NCBI RefSeq assembly: GCF_009914755.1
Contig: NC_060925.1
Direction: 5' to 3' (one strand)
DNA: 64,000 nt
Source of the DNA: the human T2T-CHM13v2.0 reference genome, Homo sapiens
Positions 41,001 through 56,100 of this stretch are shown here, one piece after another. Below the pieces are notes generated by a model. The model saw only the letters and a list, made by a program, of their open reading frames with translations. It ran no database searches and was not told the DNA's origin. How positions within the stretch are numbered: the stretch's first letter is position 1; each line of letters starts with the position of its first letter. The translations under genes and the position numbers were made by a program.

Positions 41001-44000
41001 AATTGCATGGAATCATCATTAAATGGAATCGAATGGAATCAACATCAAATGGAATCAAATGGAATCATTGAACGGAATTGAATGGAATCGTCATCGAATG
41101 AATTGACTGCAATCATCCAATGGTCTCGAATGGAATCATCTTCAAGTGGAATGGAATGGAATCATCGCATAGAATCGAATGGAATTATCATCGAATGGAA
41201 TCGAATGGAATCAACATCCAACGGAAAAAAACGGAATTATCGAATGGAATCGAAGAGAATCATCGAATGGACCCGAATGGAATCATCTAATGGAATGGAA
41301 TGGAATAATCCATGGACTCGAATGCAATCATCATCGAATGGAATCGAATGGAATCATCGAATGGACTCGAATGGAATAATCATTGAACGGAATCGAATGG
41401 AATCATCATCGGATGGAAATGAATGGAATCATCATCGAATGGAATCGAATAGAATTATGGAATGAAATCCAGTGTGATCATCATCGAATGGACCCGAATG
41501 GAATCATCATCCAACGGAAGCTAATGGAATCAACATCGAATGAATCAAATGGAAACACCATCGAATTGAAACGAATGGAATTATCATGAAATTGAAATGG
41601 ATGGACTCATCATCGAATGGATTCGAATGGAATCATCGAATAAAATTGATTGAAATCATCATCGAATGGAATCGAATGGTATCATTGAATGGAATCGAAT
41701 GGAATCATCATCAGATGGAAATGAATGGAATCGTCATAGAATGGAATCGAATGGATTCATTGAATTGAATCAGATGGAATCATCGAATGGACTGGAATGG
41801 AATCATTGAATGGACTCGAAAGGGATCATGATTGAATGGAATTGAATGGAATCATCGAATGGTCTCGATTGGAATCATTATCAAATGGAATCGAATGGAA
41901 TCACCGAATAGAATCGAATGGAACAATCATCGAATGGACTCAAATGGAATTATCCTCAAATGGAATCGAATGGAATTATCGAATGCAATCGAATGGAATT
42001 ATCGATTGCAATCGAATAGAATCATCGAATGGACTCGAATGGAATCATCGAATGGAATGGAATGGAACAGTCAATGAACTCGAATGGAATCATCATTGAA
42101 TGGAATCGAATGGAATCATCGAGTGGAATCGAATGGAATTATGATCAAATGGAATCGAATGTAATCATCATCAAATGGAATCAAAAATAACCATCATCAA
42201 TTGGTATTGAATGGAATTGTCATCAAATGGAATTCAAAGGAATCATCATCAAATGGAACCGAATGGAATCCTCATTGAATGGAAATGAAAGGGGTCATCA
42301 TCTAATGGAATCGCATGGAATCATCATCTAATGGAATCGAATGGAATCATCATCAAATGGAATCTAATGGAATCATTGAACAGAATGGAATGGAATCATC
42401 ATCGAATGAATTGAATGCAATCATCGAATGGTCTCGAATGGAATCATCTTCTAATGGAAAGGAATGGAATCATCGCATAGAATCGAATGGAATTATCATC
42501 GAATGGAATCGAATGGTATCAACACCAAACGGAAAAAAACGGAATTATCGAATGGAATCGAAGAGAATCTTCGAACGGACCCGAATGGAATCATCTAATG
42601 GAATGGAATGGAATAATCCATGGATTCGAATGCAATCATCATCGAATGGAATCGAATGGAATCATCGAATGGACTCGAATGGAATAATCATTGAACGGAA
42701 TCGAATGGAATCATCATCGGATGGAAACGAATGGAATCATCATCGAATGGAAATGAAAGGAGTCATCATCTAATGGAATTGCATGGAATCATCATAAAAT
42801 GGAATCGAATGGAATCAACATCAAATGGAATCAAATGGAATCATTGAACGGAATTGAATGGAATCGTCATCGAATGAATTGACTGCAATCATCCAATGGT
42901 CTCGAATGGAATCATCTTCAAATGGAATGGAATGGAATCATCGCATAGAACCGAATGGAATTATCATCGAATGGAATCGAATGGAATCAACATCAAACGG
43001 AAAAAAACGGAATTATCGAATGGAATCGAAGAGAATCATCGAATGGACCCGAATGGAATCATCTAATGGAATGGAATGGAATAATCCATGGACTCGAATG
43101 CAATCATCATCGAATGGAATCGAATGGAATCATCGAATGGACTCGAATGGAATAATCATTGAACGGAATCGAATGGAATCATCATCGGATGGAAATGAAT
43201 GGAATCATCATCGAATGGAATCGAATAGAATTATGGAATTAAATCCAGTGTGATCATCATCGAATGGACCCGAATGGAATCATCATCCAACGGAAGCTAA
43301 TGGAATCAACATCGAATGAATCAAATGGAAACACCATCGAATTGAAACGAATGGAATTATCATGAAATTGAAATGGATGGACTCATCATCGAATGGATTC
43401 GAATGGAATCATCGAATAAAATTGATTGAAATCATCATCGAATGGAATCGAATGGTATCATTGAATGGAATCGAATGGAATCATCATCAGATGGAAATGA
43501 ATGGAATCGTCATAGAATGGAATCGAATGGATTCATTGAATGGAATCAGATGGAATCATCGAATGGACTGGAATGGAATCATTGAATGGACTCGAAAGGG
43601 ATCATGATTGAATGGAATTGAATGGAATCATCGAATGGTCTCGATTGGAATCATTATCAAATGGAATCGAATGGAATCACCGAATAGAATCGAATGGAAC
43701 AATCATCGAATGGACTCAAATGGAATTATCCTCCAATGGAATCGAATGGAATTATCGAATGCAATCGAATGGAATTATCGAATGCAATCGAATAGAATCA
43801 TCGAATGGACTCGAATGGAATCATCGAATGGAATGGAATGGAACAGTCAATGAACTCGAATGGAATCATCATTGAATGGAATCGAATGGAATCATCGAGT
43901 GGAATCGAATGGAATTATGATCAAATGGAATCGAATGTAATCATCATCAAATGGAATCAAAAATAACCATCATCAATTGGTATTGAATGGAATTGTCATC

Positions 44001-44165
44001 AAATGGAATTCAAAGGAATCATCATCAAATGGAACCGAATGGAATCCTCATTGAATGGAAATGAAAGGGGTCATCATCTAATGGAATCGCATGGAATCAT
44101 CATCAAATGGAATCGAATGGAATCATCATCAAATGGAATCTAATGGAATCATTGAACAGAATTGA
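38034..44165 (+). repeat. Run of canonical 1776-bp monomers
   Basis: Anchors at 38034, 39810, 41586, 43362 and GAATTC sites at 38678, 40454, 42230, 44006 are each spaced exactly 1776 bp. Confidence 0.95.
38725..39670 (+). repeat. Internal 468-bp tandem duplication (subunits A and B) within the monomer; representative copy, ends approximate
   Basis: GGAAATGAAAGGGGTCATCATCTAATGGAATCGCATGG (~38730) pairs with GGAAATGAAAGGAGTCATCATCTAATGGAATTGCATGG (~39198). Paired 'MESSSNEL' pseudo-ORFs at 38838/39306, 40614/41082, 37062/37530, 5588/6056 and 2046/2514 are all 468 bp apart. Confidence 0.93.
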
Positions 44166-45696
44166 ATGGAATCGTCATCGAATGAATTGAATGCAATCAT
44201 CGAATGGTCTCGAATGGAATCATCTTCTAATGGAAAGGAATGGAATCATCGCATAGAATCGAATGGAATTATCATCGAATGGAATCGAATGGTATCAACA
44301 CCAAACGGAAAAAAACGGAATTATCGAATGGAATCGAAGAGAATCTTCGAACGGACCCGAATGGAATCATCTAATGGAATGGAATGGAATAATCCATGGA
44401 CTCGAATGCAATCATCATCGAATGGAATCGAATGGAATCATCGAATGGACTCGAATGGAATAATCATTGAACGGAATCGAATGGAATCATCATCGGATGG
44501 AAACGAATGGAATCAACATCGAATTGAAATGAAAGGAGTCATCATCTAATGGAATTGCATGGAATCATCATAAAATGGAATCGAATGGAATCAACATCAA
44601 ATGGAATCAAATGGAATCATTGAACGGAATTGAATGGAATCGTCATCGAATGAATTGACTGCAATCATCGAATGGTCTCGAATGGAATCATCTTCAAATG
44701 GAATGGAATGGAATCATCACATAGAATCGAATGGAATTATCATCGAATGGAATCGAATGGAATCAACATCAAACGGAAAAAAACGGAATTATCGAATGGA
44801 ATCGAAGAGAATCATCGAATGGACCCAAATGGAATCATCTAATGGAATGGAATGGAATAATCCATGGAGTCGAATGCAATCATCATCGAATGGAATCGAA
44901 TGGAATCATCGAATGAACTCGAATGGAATCATCATTGAATGGAATCGAATGGAATCATCGAGTGGAATCGAATGGAATTATGATCAAATGGAATCGAATG
45001 TAATCATCATCAAATGGAATCAAAAATAACCATCATCAATTGGTATTGAATGGAATTGTCATCAAATGGAATTCAAAGGAATCATCATCAAATGGAACCG
45101 AATGGAATCCTCATTGAATGGAAATGAAAGGGGTCATCATCTAATGGAATCGCATGGAATCATCATCAAATGGAATCGAATGGAATCATCATCAAATGGA
45201 ATCTAATGGAATCATTGAACAGAATTGAATGGAATCGTCATCGAATGAATTGAATGCAATCATCGAATGGTCTCGAATGGAATCATCTTCTAATGGAAAG
45301 GAATGGAATCATCGCATAGAATCGAATGGAATTATCATCGAATGGAATCGAATGGTATCAACACCAAACTGAAAAAAACGGAATTATCGAATGGAATCGA
45401 AGAGAATCTTCGAACGGACCCGAATGGAATCATCTAATGGAATGGAATGGAATAATCCATGGACTCGAATGCAATCATCATCGAATGGAATCGAATGGAA
45501 TCATCGAATGGACTCGAATGGAATAATCATTGAACGGAATCGAATGGAATCATCATCGGATGGAAACGAATGGAATCATCATCGAATGGAAATGAAAGGA
45601 GTCATCATCTAATGGAATTGCATGGAATCATCATAAAATGGAATCGAATGGAATCATCATCAAATGGAATCAAATGGAATCAATGAACGGAATTGA

Positions 45697-48600
45697 ATGG
45701 AATCGTCATCGAATGAATTGAATGCAATCATCGAATGGTCTCGAATGCAATCACATTCTAATGGAAAGGAATGGAATCATCGCATAGAATCGAATGGAAT
45801 TAACATTGAATGGACTCGAATGGAATCAACATCAAACGGAATCAAGCGGAATTATCGAATGGAATCGAAGAGAATCATCGAATGGACTCGAATGGAATCA
45901 TCTTCTAATGGAAAGGAATGGAATCATCGCATAGAATCGAATGGAATTATCATCGAATGGAATCGAATGGTATCAACACCAAACGGAAAAAAACGGTATT
46001 ATCGAATGGAATCGAAGAGAATCTTCGAACGGACCCGAATGGAATCATCTAATGGAATGGAATGGAATAATCCATGTACTCGAATGCAATCATCATCGAA
46101 TGGAATCGAATGGAATCATCGAATGGACTCGAATGGAATAATCATTGAACGGAATCGAATGGAATCATCATCGGATGGAAATGAATGGAATCATCATCGA
46201 ATGGAATCGAATAGAATTATGGAATGAAATCCAGTGTGATCATCATCGAATGGACCCGAATGGAATCATCATCCAACGGAAGCTAATGGAATCAACATCG
46301 AATGAATCGAATGGAAACACCATCGAATTGAAACGAATGGAATTATCATGAAATTGAAATGGATGGACTCATCATCGAATGGATTCGAATGGAATCATCG
46401 AATAAAATTGATTGAAATCATCATCAAATGGAATCGAATGGTATCATTGAATGGAATCGAATGGAATCATCATCAGATGGAAATGAATGGAATCGTCATA
46501 GAATGGAATCGAATGGATTCATTGAATGGAATCAGATGGAATCATCGAATGGACTGGAATGGAATCATTGAATGGACTCGAAAGGGATCATTATTGAATG
46601 GAATTGAATGGAATCATCGAATGGTCTCGATTGGAATCATTATCAAATGGAATCGAATGGAATCACCGAATAGAATCGAATGGAACAATCATCGAATGGA
46701 CTCAAATGGAATTATCCTCAAATGGAATCGAATGGAATTATCGAATGCAATCGAATGGAATTATCGAATGCAATCGAATAGAATCATCGAATGGACTCGA
46801 ATGGAATCATCGAATGGAATGGAATGGAACAGTCAATGAACTCGAATGGAATCATCATTGAATGGAATCGAATGGAATCATCGAGTGGAATCGAATGGAA
46901 TTATGATCAAATGGAATCGAATGTAATCATCATCAAATGGAATCAAAAATAACCATCATCAATTGGTATTGAATGGAATTGTCATCAAATGGAATTCAAA
47001 GGAATCATCATCAAGTGGAACCGAATGGAATCCTCATTGAATGGAAATGAAAGGGGTCATCATCTAATGGAATCGCATGGAATCATCATCAAATGGAATC
47101 GAATGGAATCATCATCAAATGGAATCTAATGGAATCATTGAACAGAATTGAATGGAATCGTCATCGAATGAATTGAATGCAATCATCGAATGGTCTCGAA
47201 TGGAATCATCTTCTAATGGAAAGGAATGGAATCATCGCATAGAATCGAATGGAATTATCATCGAATGGAATCGAATGGTATCACCACCAAACGGAAAAAA
47301 ACGGAATTATCGAATGGAATCGAAGAGAATCTTCGAACGGACCCGAATGGAATCATCTAATGGAATGGAATGGAATAATCCATGGACTCGAATGCAATCA
47401 TCATCGAATGGAATCGAATGGAGTCATCGAATGGACTCGAATGGAATAATCATTGAACGGAATCGAATGGAATCATCATCGGATGGAAACGAATGGAATC
47501 ATCATCGAATGGAAATGAAAGGAGTCATCATCTAATGGAATTGCATGGAATCATCATAAAATGGAATCGAATGGAATCAACATCAAATGGAATCAAATGG
47601 AATCATTGAACGGAATTGAATGGAATCGTCATCGAATGAATTGACTGCAATCATCGAATGGTCTCGAATGGAATCATCTTCAAATGGAATGGAATGGAAT
47701 CATCGCATAGAATCGAATGGAATTATCATCGAATGGAATCGAATGGAATCAACATCAAACGGAAAAAAACAGAATTATCGTATGGAATCTAAGAGAATCA
47801 TCGAATGGACCCGAATGGAATCATCTAATGGAATGGAATGGAATAATCCATGGACTCGAATGCAATCATCATCGAATGGAATCGAATGGAATCATCGAAT
47901 GGACTCGAATGGAATAATCATTGAACGGAATCGAATGGAATCATCATCGGATGGAAATGAATGGAATCATCATCGAATGGAATCGAATAGAATTATGGAA
48001 TGAAATCCAGTGTGATCATCATCGAATGGACCCGAATGGAATCATCATCCAACGGAAGCTAATGGAATCAACATCGAATGAATCGAATGGAAACACCATC
48101 GAATTGAAACGAATGGAATTATCATGAAATTGAAATGGATGGACTCATCATCGAATGGATTCGAATGGAATCATCGAATAAAATTGATTGAAATCATCAT
48201 CAAATGGAATCGAATGGTATCATTGAATGGAATCGAATGGAATCATCATCAGATGGAAATGAATGGAATCGTCATAGAATGGAATCGAATGGATTCATTG
48301 AATGGAATCAGATGGAATCATCGAATGGACTGGAATGGAATCATTGAATGGACTCGAAAGGGATCATTATTGAATGGAATTGAATGGAATCATCGAATGG
48401 TCTCGATTGGAATCATTATCAAATGGAATCGAATGGAATCACCGAATAGAATCGAATGGAACAATCATCGAATGGACTCAAATGGAATTATCCTCAAATG
48501 GAATCGAATGGAATTATCGAATGCAATCGAATGGAATTATCGAATGCAATCGAATAGAATCATCGAATGGACTCGAATGGAATCATCGAATGGAATGGAA

Positions 48601-49730
48601 TGGAACAGTCAATGAACTCGAATGGAATCATCATTGAATGGAATCGAATGGAATCATCGAGTGGAATCGAATGGAATTATGATCAAATGGAATCGAATGT
48701 AATCATCATCAAATGGAATCAAAAATAACCATCATCAATTGGTATTGAATGGAATTGTCATCAAATGGAATTCAAAGGAATCATCATCAAGTGGAACCGA
48801 ATGGAATCCTCATTGAATGGAAATGAAAGGGGTCATCATCTAATGGAATCGCATGGAATCATCATCAAATGGAATCGAATGGAATCATCATCAAATGGAA
48901 TCTAATGGAATCATTGAACAGAATTGAATGGAATCGTCATCGAATGAATTGAATGCAATCATCGAATGGTCTCGAATGGAATCATCTTCTAATGGAAAGG
49001 AATGGAATCATCGCATAGAATCGAATGGAATTATCATCGAATGGAATCGAATGGTATCAACACCAAACGGAAAAAAACGGAATTATCGAATGGAATCGAA
49101 GAGAATCTTCGAACGGACCCGAATGGAATCATCTAATGGAATGGAATGGAATAATCCATGGACTCGAATGCAATCATCATCTAATGGAATCGAATGGAGT
49201 CATCGAATGGACTCGAATGGAATAATCATTGAACGGAATCGAATGGAATCATCATCGGATGGAAACGAATGGAATCATCATCGAATGGAAATGAAAGGAG
49301 TCATCATCTAATGGAATTGCATGGAATCATCATAAAATGGAATCGAATGGAATCAACATCAAATGGAATCAAATGGAATCATTGAACGGAATTGAATGGA
49401 ATCGTCATCGAATGAATTGACTGCAATCATCGAATGGTCTCGAATGGAATCATCTTCAAATGGAATGGAATGGAATCATCGCATAGAATCGAATGGAATT
49501 ATCATCGAATGGAATCGAATGGAATCAACATCAAAAGGAAAAAAACAGAATTATCATATGGAATCGAAGAGAATCATCGAAGGGACCCGTATGGAATCAT
49601 CTAATGGAATGGAATGGAATAATCCATGGACTCGAATGCAATCATCATCGAATGGAATCGAATGGAATCATCGAATGGACTCGAATGGAATAATCATTGA
49701 ACGGAATCGAATGGAATCATCATCGGATGG
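45697..49730 (+). repeat. ~4-kb block paralogous to ~33,840-37,870 (offset 11,857, then 11,866 after a 9-bp deletion)
   Basis: Offsets 33840/45697, 34491/46348, 35763/47620, 36267/48124, 37530/49396. Shared CAATCACATTCT plus 147-bp duplication, CAAGTGGAACCG, ACAGAATTATCGTATGGAATCTAAG, GAAGGGACCCG. Confidence 0.85.
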
Positions 49731-50179
49731 AAATGAATGGAATTATCATCGAATGGAAATGAAAGGAGTCATCATCTAATGGAATCGCATGGAATCATCA
49801 TAAAATGGAATCGAATGGAATCATCGAGTGGAATCGAATGGAATTATGATCAAATGGAATCGAATGTAATCATCATCAAATGGAATCAAAAATAACCATC
49901 ATCAATTGGTATTGAATGGAATTGTCATCAAATGGAATTCAAAGGAATCATCATCAAATGGAACCGAATGGAATCCTCATTGAATGGAAATTAAAGGGGT
50001 CATCATCTAATGGAATCACATGGAATCATCATCAAATGGAATAGAATGGAATCATCATCAAATGGAATCTAATGGAATCATTGAACAGAATTGAATGGAA
50101 TCGTCATCGAATGAATTGAATACAATCATCGAATGGTCTCGAATGCAATCATCTTCTAATGGAAAGGAATGGAATCATC

Positions 50180-53100
50180 GCATAGAATCGAATGGAATTA
50201 ACATTGAATGGACTCGAATGTAATCAACATCAAACGGAATCAAGCGGAATTATCGAATGTAATCGAAGAGAACCATCGAATGGACTCGAATGGAATCATC
50301 TAATGGAATGGAATGGAATAATCCACGGACTCGAATGCAATCATCATCGTATAGAATCGAATGGAATCATTGAATGGACTCGAATGGAATAATCATTGAA
50401 CGGAATCGAATGGAATCATCATCGGATGGAAACGAATGGAATTATCATCGAATGGAAATGAAAGGAGTCATCATCTAATGGAATCGCATGGAATCATCAT
50501 AAAATGGAATCGAATGGAATCAACATCAAATGGAATCAAATGGAATCATTGAACGGAATTGAATGGAATCGTCATCGAATGAATTGAATGCAATCATCGA
50601 ATGGTCTCGAATGGAATCATCTTCAAATGGAATGGAATGGAATCATCGCATAGAATCGAATGGAATTATCATCGAATGGAATCGAAAGGTATCAACATCA
50701 AACGGAAAAAAACGGAATTATCGAATGGAATCGAAGAGAATCATCGAACGGACCCGAATGGAATCATCTAATGGAAAGGAATGGAATAATCCATGGACTC
50801 GAATCCAATCATCATCGAATGGAATCGAATGGAATCATTGAAAGGACTCTAATGGAATAATCATTGAAGGGAATCGAATGGAATCATCATCGAATGGAAA
50901 CTAATGGAATCATCATCGAATGGAAATGAAAGGAGTCATCATCTAATGGAATTGCATGGAATGATCATAAAATGGAATCGAATGGAATCAACATCAAATG
51001 GAATGAAATGGAATCATTGAACGGAATTGAATGGAATCTTCATCGAATGAATTGAATGCAATCATCGAATGGTCTCGAATGGAATCATCTTCAAATGGAA
51101 TGGAATGGAATCATCGCATAGAATCGAATGGAATTATCATCGAATGGAATCGAATGGTATCAACATCAAACGGAAAAAAACGGAATTATCGAATGGAATC
51201 GAAGAGAATCATCGAACGGACCCGAATGGAATCATCTAATGGAATGGAATGGACTAATCCATGGACTCGAATGCAATCATCATCGAATGGAATCGAGTGG
51301 AATCATCGAATGGACTCCAATGGAATAATCATTGAACGGAATCGAATGGAATCATCATCGGATGGAAATGAATGGAATCATCATCGAATGGAATCGAATA
51401 GAATTATGGAATGAAATCCAGTGTGATCATCATCGAATGGACCCGAAAGGAATCATCATCCAACGGAATCTAATGGAATCAACATCGAATGAATCGAATG
51501 GAAACACCATCGAATTGAAACGAATGGAATTATCATGAAATTGAAATGGATGGACTCATCATCGAATGGATTCGAATGGAATCATCGAATAAAATTGATT
51601 GAAATCATCATCAAATGGAATCGAATGGTATCATTGAATGGAATCGAATGGAATCATCATCAGATGGAAATGAATGGAATCGTCATAGAATGGAATCGAA
51701 TGGATTCATTGAATGGAATCAGATGGAATCATCGAATGGACTGGAATGGAATCATTGAATGGACTCGAAAGGGATCATTATTGAATGGAATTGAATGGAA
51801 TCATCAAATGGTCTCGATTGGAATCATTATCAAATGGAATCGAATGGAATCACCGAATAGAATCGAATGGAACAATCATCGAATGGAGTCAAATGGAATT
51901 ATCCTCAAATGGAATCGAATGGAATTATCGAATGCAATCGAATGGAATTATCGAATGCAATCGAATAGAATCATCGAATGGACTCGAATGGAATCATCGA
52001 ATGGAATGGAATGGAACAGTCAATGAACTCGAATGGAATCATCATTGAATGGAATCGAATGGAATCATCGAGTGGAATCGAATGGAATTATGATCAAATG
52101 GAATCGAATGTAATCATCATCAAATGGAATCAAAAATAACCATCATCAATTGGTATTGAATGGAATTGTCATCAAATGGAATTCAAAGGAATCATCATCA
52201 AATGGAACCGAATGCAATCCTCATTGAATGGAAATGAAAGGGGTCATCATCTAATGGAATCCCATGGAATCATCATCAAATGGAATCGAATGGAATCATC
52301 ATCAAATGGAATCTAATGGAATCCTTGAACAGAATTGAATGGAATCGTCATCAAATGAATTGAATGCAATCATCGAATGGTCTCGAATGCAATCATCTTC
52401 TAATGGAAAGGAATGGAATCATCGCATAGAATCGAATGGAATTAACATTGAATGGACTCGAATGGAATCAACATCAAACGGAATCAAGCGGAATTATCGA
52501 ATGTATTCGAAGAGAACCATCGAATGGACTCGAATGGAATCATCTCATGGAATGGAATGGAATAATCACCGGACTCGAATGCAATCATCATCGTATAGAA
52601 TCGAATGGAATCATTGAATGGACTCGAATGGAATAATCATTGAACGGAATCGAATGGAATCATCATCGGATGGAAACGAATGGAATTATCATCGAATGGA
52701 AATGAAAGGAGTCATCATCTAAGGGAATCGCATGGAATCATCATAAAATGGAATAGAATGGAATCAACATCAAATGGAATCAAATGGAATCATTGAACGG
52801 AATTGAATGGAATCGTCATCGAATGAATTGAATGCAATCATCGAATGGTCTCGAATGGAATCATCTTCAAATGGAATGGAATGGAATCATCGCATAGAAT
52901 CGAATGGAATTATCATCGAATGGAATCGAAAGGTATCAACATCAAACGGAAAAAAACGGAATTATCGAATGGAATCGAAGAGAATCATCGAACGGACCCG
53001 AATGGAATCATCTAATGGAAAGGAATGGAATAATCCATGGACTCGAATCCAATCATCATCGAATGGAATCGAATGGAATCATTGAAAGGACTCTAATGGA

Positions 53101-56100
53101 ATAATCATTGAACGGAATCGAATGGAATCATCATCGAATGGAAACTAATGGAATCATCATCGAATGGAAATGAAAGGAGTCATCATCTAATGGAATTGCA
53201 TGGAATCATCATAAAATGGAATCGAATGGAATCAACATCAAATGGAATGAAATGGAATCATTGAACGGAATTGAATGGAATCTTCATCGAATGAATTGAA
53301 TGCAATCATCGAATGGTCTCGAATGGAATCATCTTCAAATGGAATGGAATGGAATCATCGCATAGAATCGAATGGAATTATCATCAAATGGTATCAACAT
53401 CAAACGGAAAAAAACGGAATTATCGAATGGAATCGAAGAGAATCATCGAACGGACCTGAATGGAATCATCTAATGGAATGGAATGGAATAATCCATGGAC
53501 TCGAATGCAATCATCATCGAATGGAATCGAGTGGAATCATCGAATGGACTCGAATGGAATAATCATTGAACGGAATCGAATGGAATCATCATCGGATGGA
53601 AATGAATGGAATCATCATCGGATGGAAATGAATGGAATCATCATCGAATGGAATCGAATAGAATTATGGAATGAAATCCAGTGTGATCATCATCGAATGG
53701 ACCCGAATGGAATCATCATCCAACGGAAGCTAATGGAATCAACATCGAATAAATCGAATGGAAACACCATCGAATTGAAACGAATGGAATTATCATGAAA
53801 TTGAAATGGATGGACTCATCATCGAATGGATTCGAATGGAATCATCGTATAAAATTGATTGAAATCATCATCCAATGGAATCGAATGGTATCATTGAATG
53901 GAATCGAATGGAATCATCATCAGATGGAAATGAATGGAATCGTCATAGAATGGAATCGAATGGATTCATTGAATGGAATCAGATGGAATCATCGAATGGA
54001 CTGGAATGGAATCATTGAATGGACTCGAAAGGGATCATTATTGAATGGAATTGAATGGAATCATCGAATGGTCTCGATTGGAATCATTATCAAATGGAAT
54101 CGAATGGAATCACCGAATAGAATCGAATGGAATAATCATCGAATGGAGTCAAATGGAATTATCCTCAAATGGAATCGAATGGAATTATCGAATGCAATCG
54201 AATGGAATTATCGAATGCAATCGAATAGAATCATCGAATGGGCTCGAATGGAATCATCGAATGGAATGGAATGGAACAGTCAATGAACTCGAATGGAATC
54301 ATCATTGAATGGAATCGAATGCAATCATCGAGTGGAATCGAATGGAATTATGATCAAATGCAATCGAATGTAATCATCATCAAATGGAATCAAAAATAAC
54401 CATCATCAATTGGTATTGAATGGAATTGTCATCAAATGGAATTCAAAGGAATCATCATCAAATGGAACCGAATGGAATCCTCATTGAATGGAAATGAAAG
54501 GGGTCATCATCTAATGGAATCGCATGGAATCATCATCAAATGGAATCGAATGGAATCATCATCAAATGGAATCTAATGGAATCATTGAACAGAATTCAAT
54601 GGAATCGTCATCGAATGAATTGAATGCAATCATCGAATGGTCTCGAATGGAATCATCTTCTAATGGAAAGGAATGGAATCATCGCATAGGATCGAATGCA
54701 ATTATCATCGAATGGAATCGAATGGTATCAACACCAAACGGAAAAAAACGGAATTATCGAATGGAATCGAAGAGAATCTTCGAACGGACCCGAATGGAAT
54801 CATCTAATAGAATGGAATGGAATAATCCATGGACTCGAATGCAATCATCATCGAATGGAATCAAATGGAATCATCGAATGGACTCGAATGGAATAATCAT
54901 TGAACGGAATCGAATGGAATCATCATCGGATGGAAACGAATGGAATCATCATCGAATGGAAATGAAAGGAGTCATCATCTAATGGAATTGCATGGAATCA
55001 TCATAAAATGGAATCGAATGGAATCAACATCAAATGGAATCAAATGGAATCATTGAACGGAATTGAATGAAATCATCATCGAATGAATTGAATGCAATCA
55101 TCGAATGGTCTCGAATGGAATCATCTTCAAATGGAATGGAATGGAATCATCGCATAGAATCGAATGGAATTATCATCGAATGGAATCGAATGGTATCAAC
55201 ATCAAACGGAAAAAAACGGAATTATCGAATGGAATCGAAGAGAATCATCGAACGGACCCGAATGGAATCATCTAATGGAATGGAATGGAATAATCCATGG
55301 ACTCGAATGCAATCATCATCGAATGGAATCGAATGGAATCATCGAATGGACTCAAATGGAATAATCATTGAACGGAATCGAATGGAATCATCATCGGATG
55401 GAAATGAATGGAATCATCATTGAATGGAATCGAATAGAATTATGGAATGAAATCCAGTGTGATCATCATCGAATGGACCCGAATTGAATCATCATCCAAC
55501 GGAAGCTAATGGAATCAACATCGAATGAATCGAATGGAAACACCATCGAATTGAAACGAATGGAATTATCATGAAATTGAAATGGATGGACTCATCATCG
55601 AATGGATTCGAATGGAATCATCGAATAAAATTGATTGAAATCATCATCAAATGGAATCGAATGGTATCATTGAATGGAATCGAATGGAATCATCATCAGA
55701 TGGAAATGAATGGAATCGACATAGAATGGAATCGAATGTATTCATTGAATGGAATCAGATGGAATCATCGAATGGACTGGAATGGAATCATTGAATGTAC
55801 TCGAAAGGGATCATGATTGAATGGAATTGAATGGAATCATCGAATGGTCTCGATTGGAATCATTATCAAATGGAATCGAATGGAATCACCGAATAGAATC
55901 GAATGGAACAGTCATCGCATGGACTCAAATGGAATTATCCTCAAATGGAATCGAATGGAATTATCGAATGCAATCGAATGGAATTATCGAATGCAATCGA
56001 ATAGAATCATCGAATGGACTGGAATGGAATCATCGAATGGAATGGAATGGAACAGTCAATGAACTCGAATGGAATCATCATTGAATGGAATCGAATGGAA

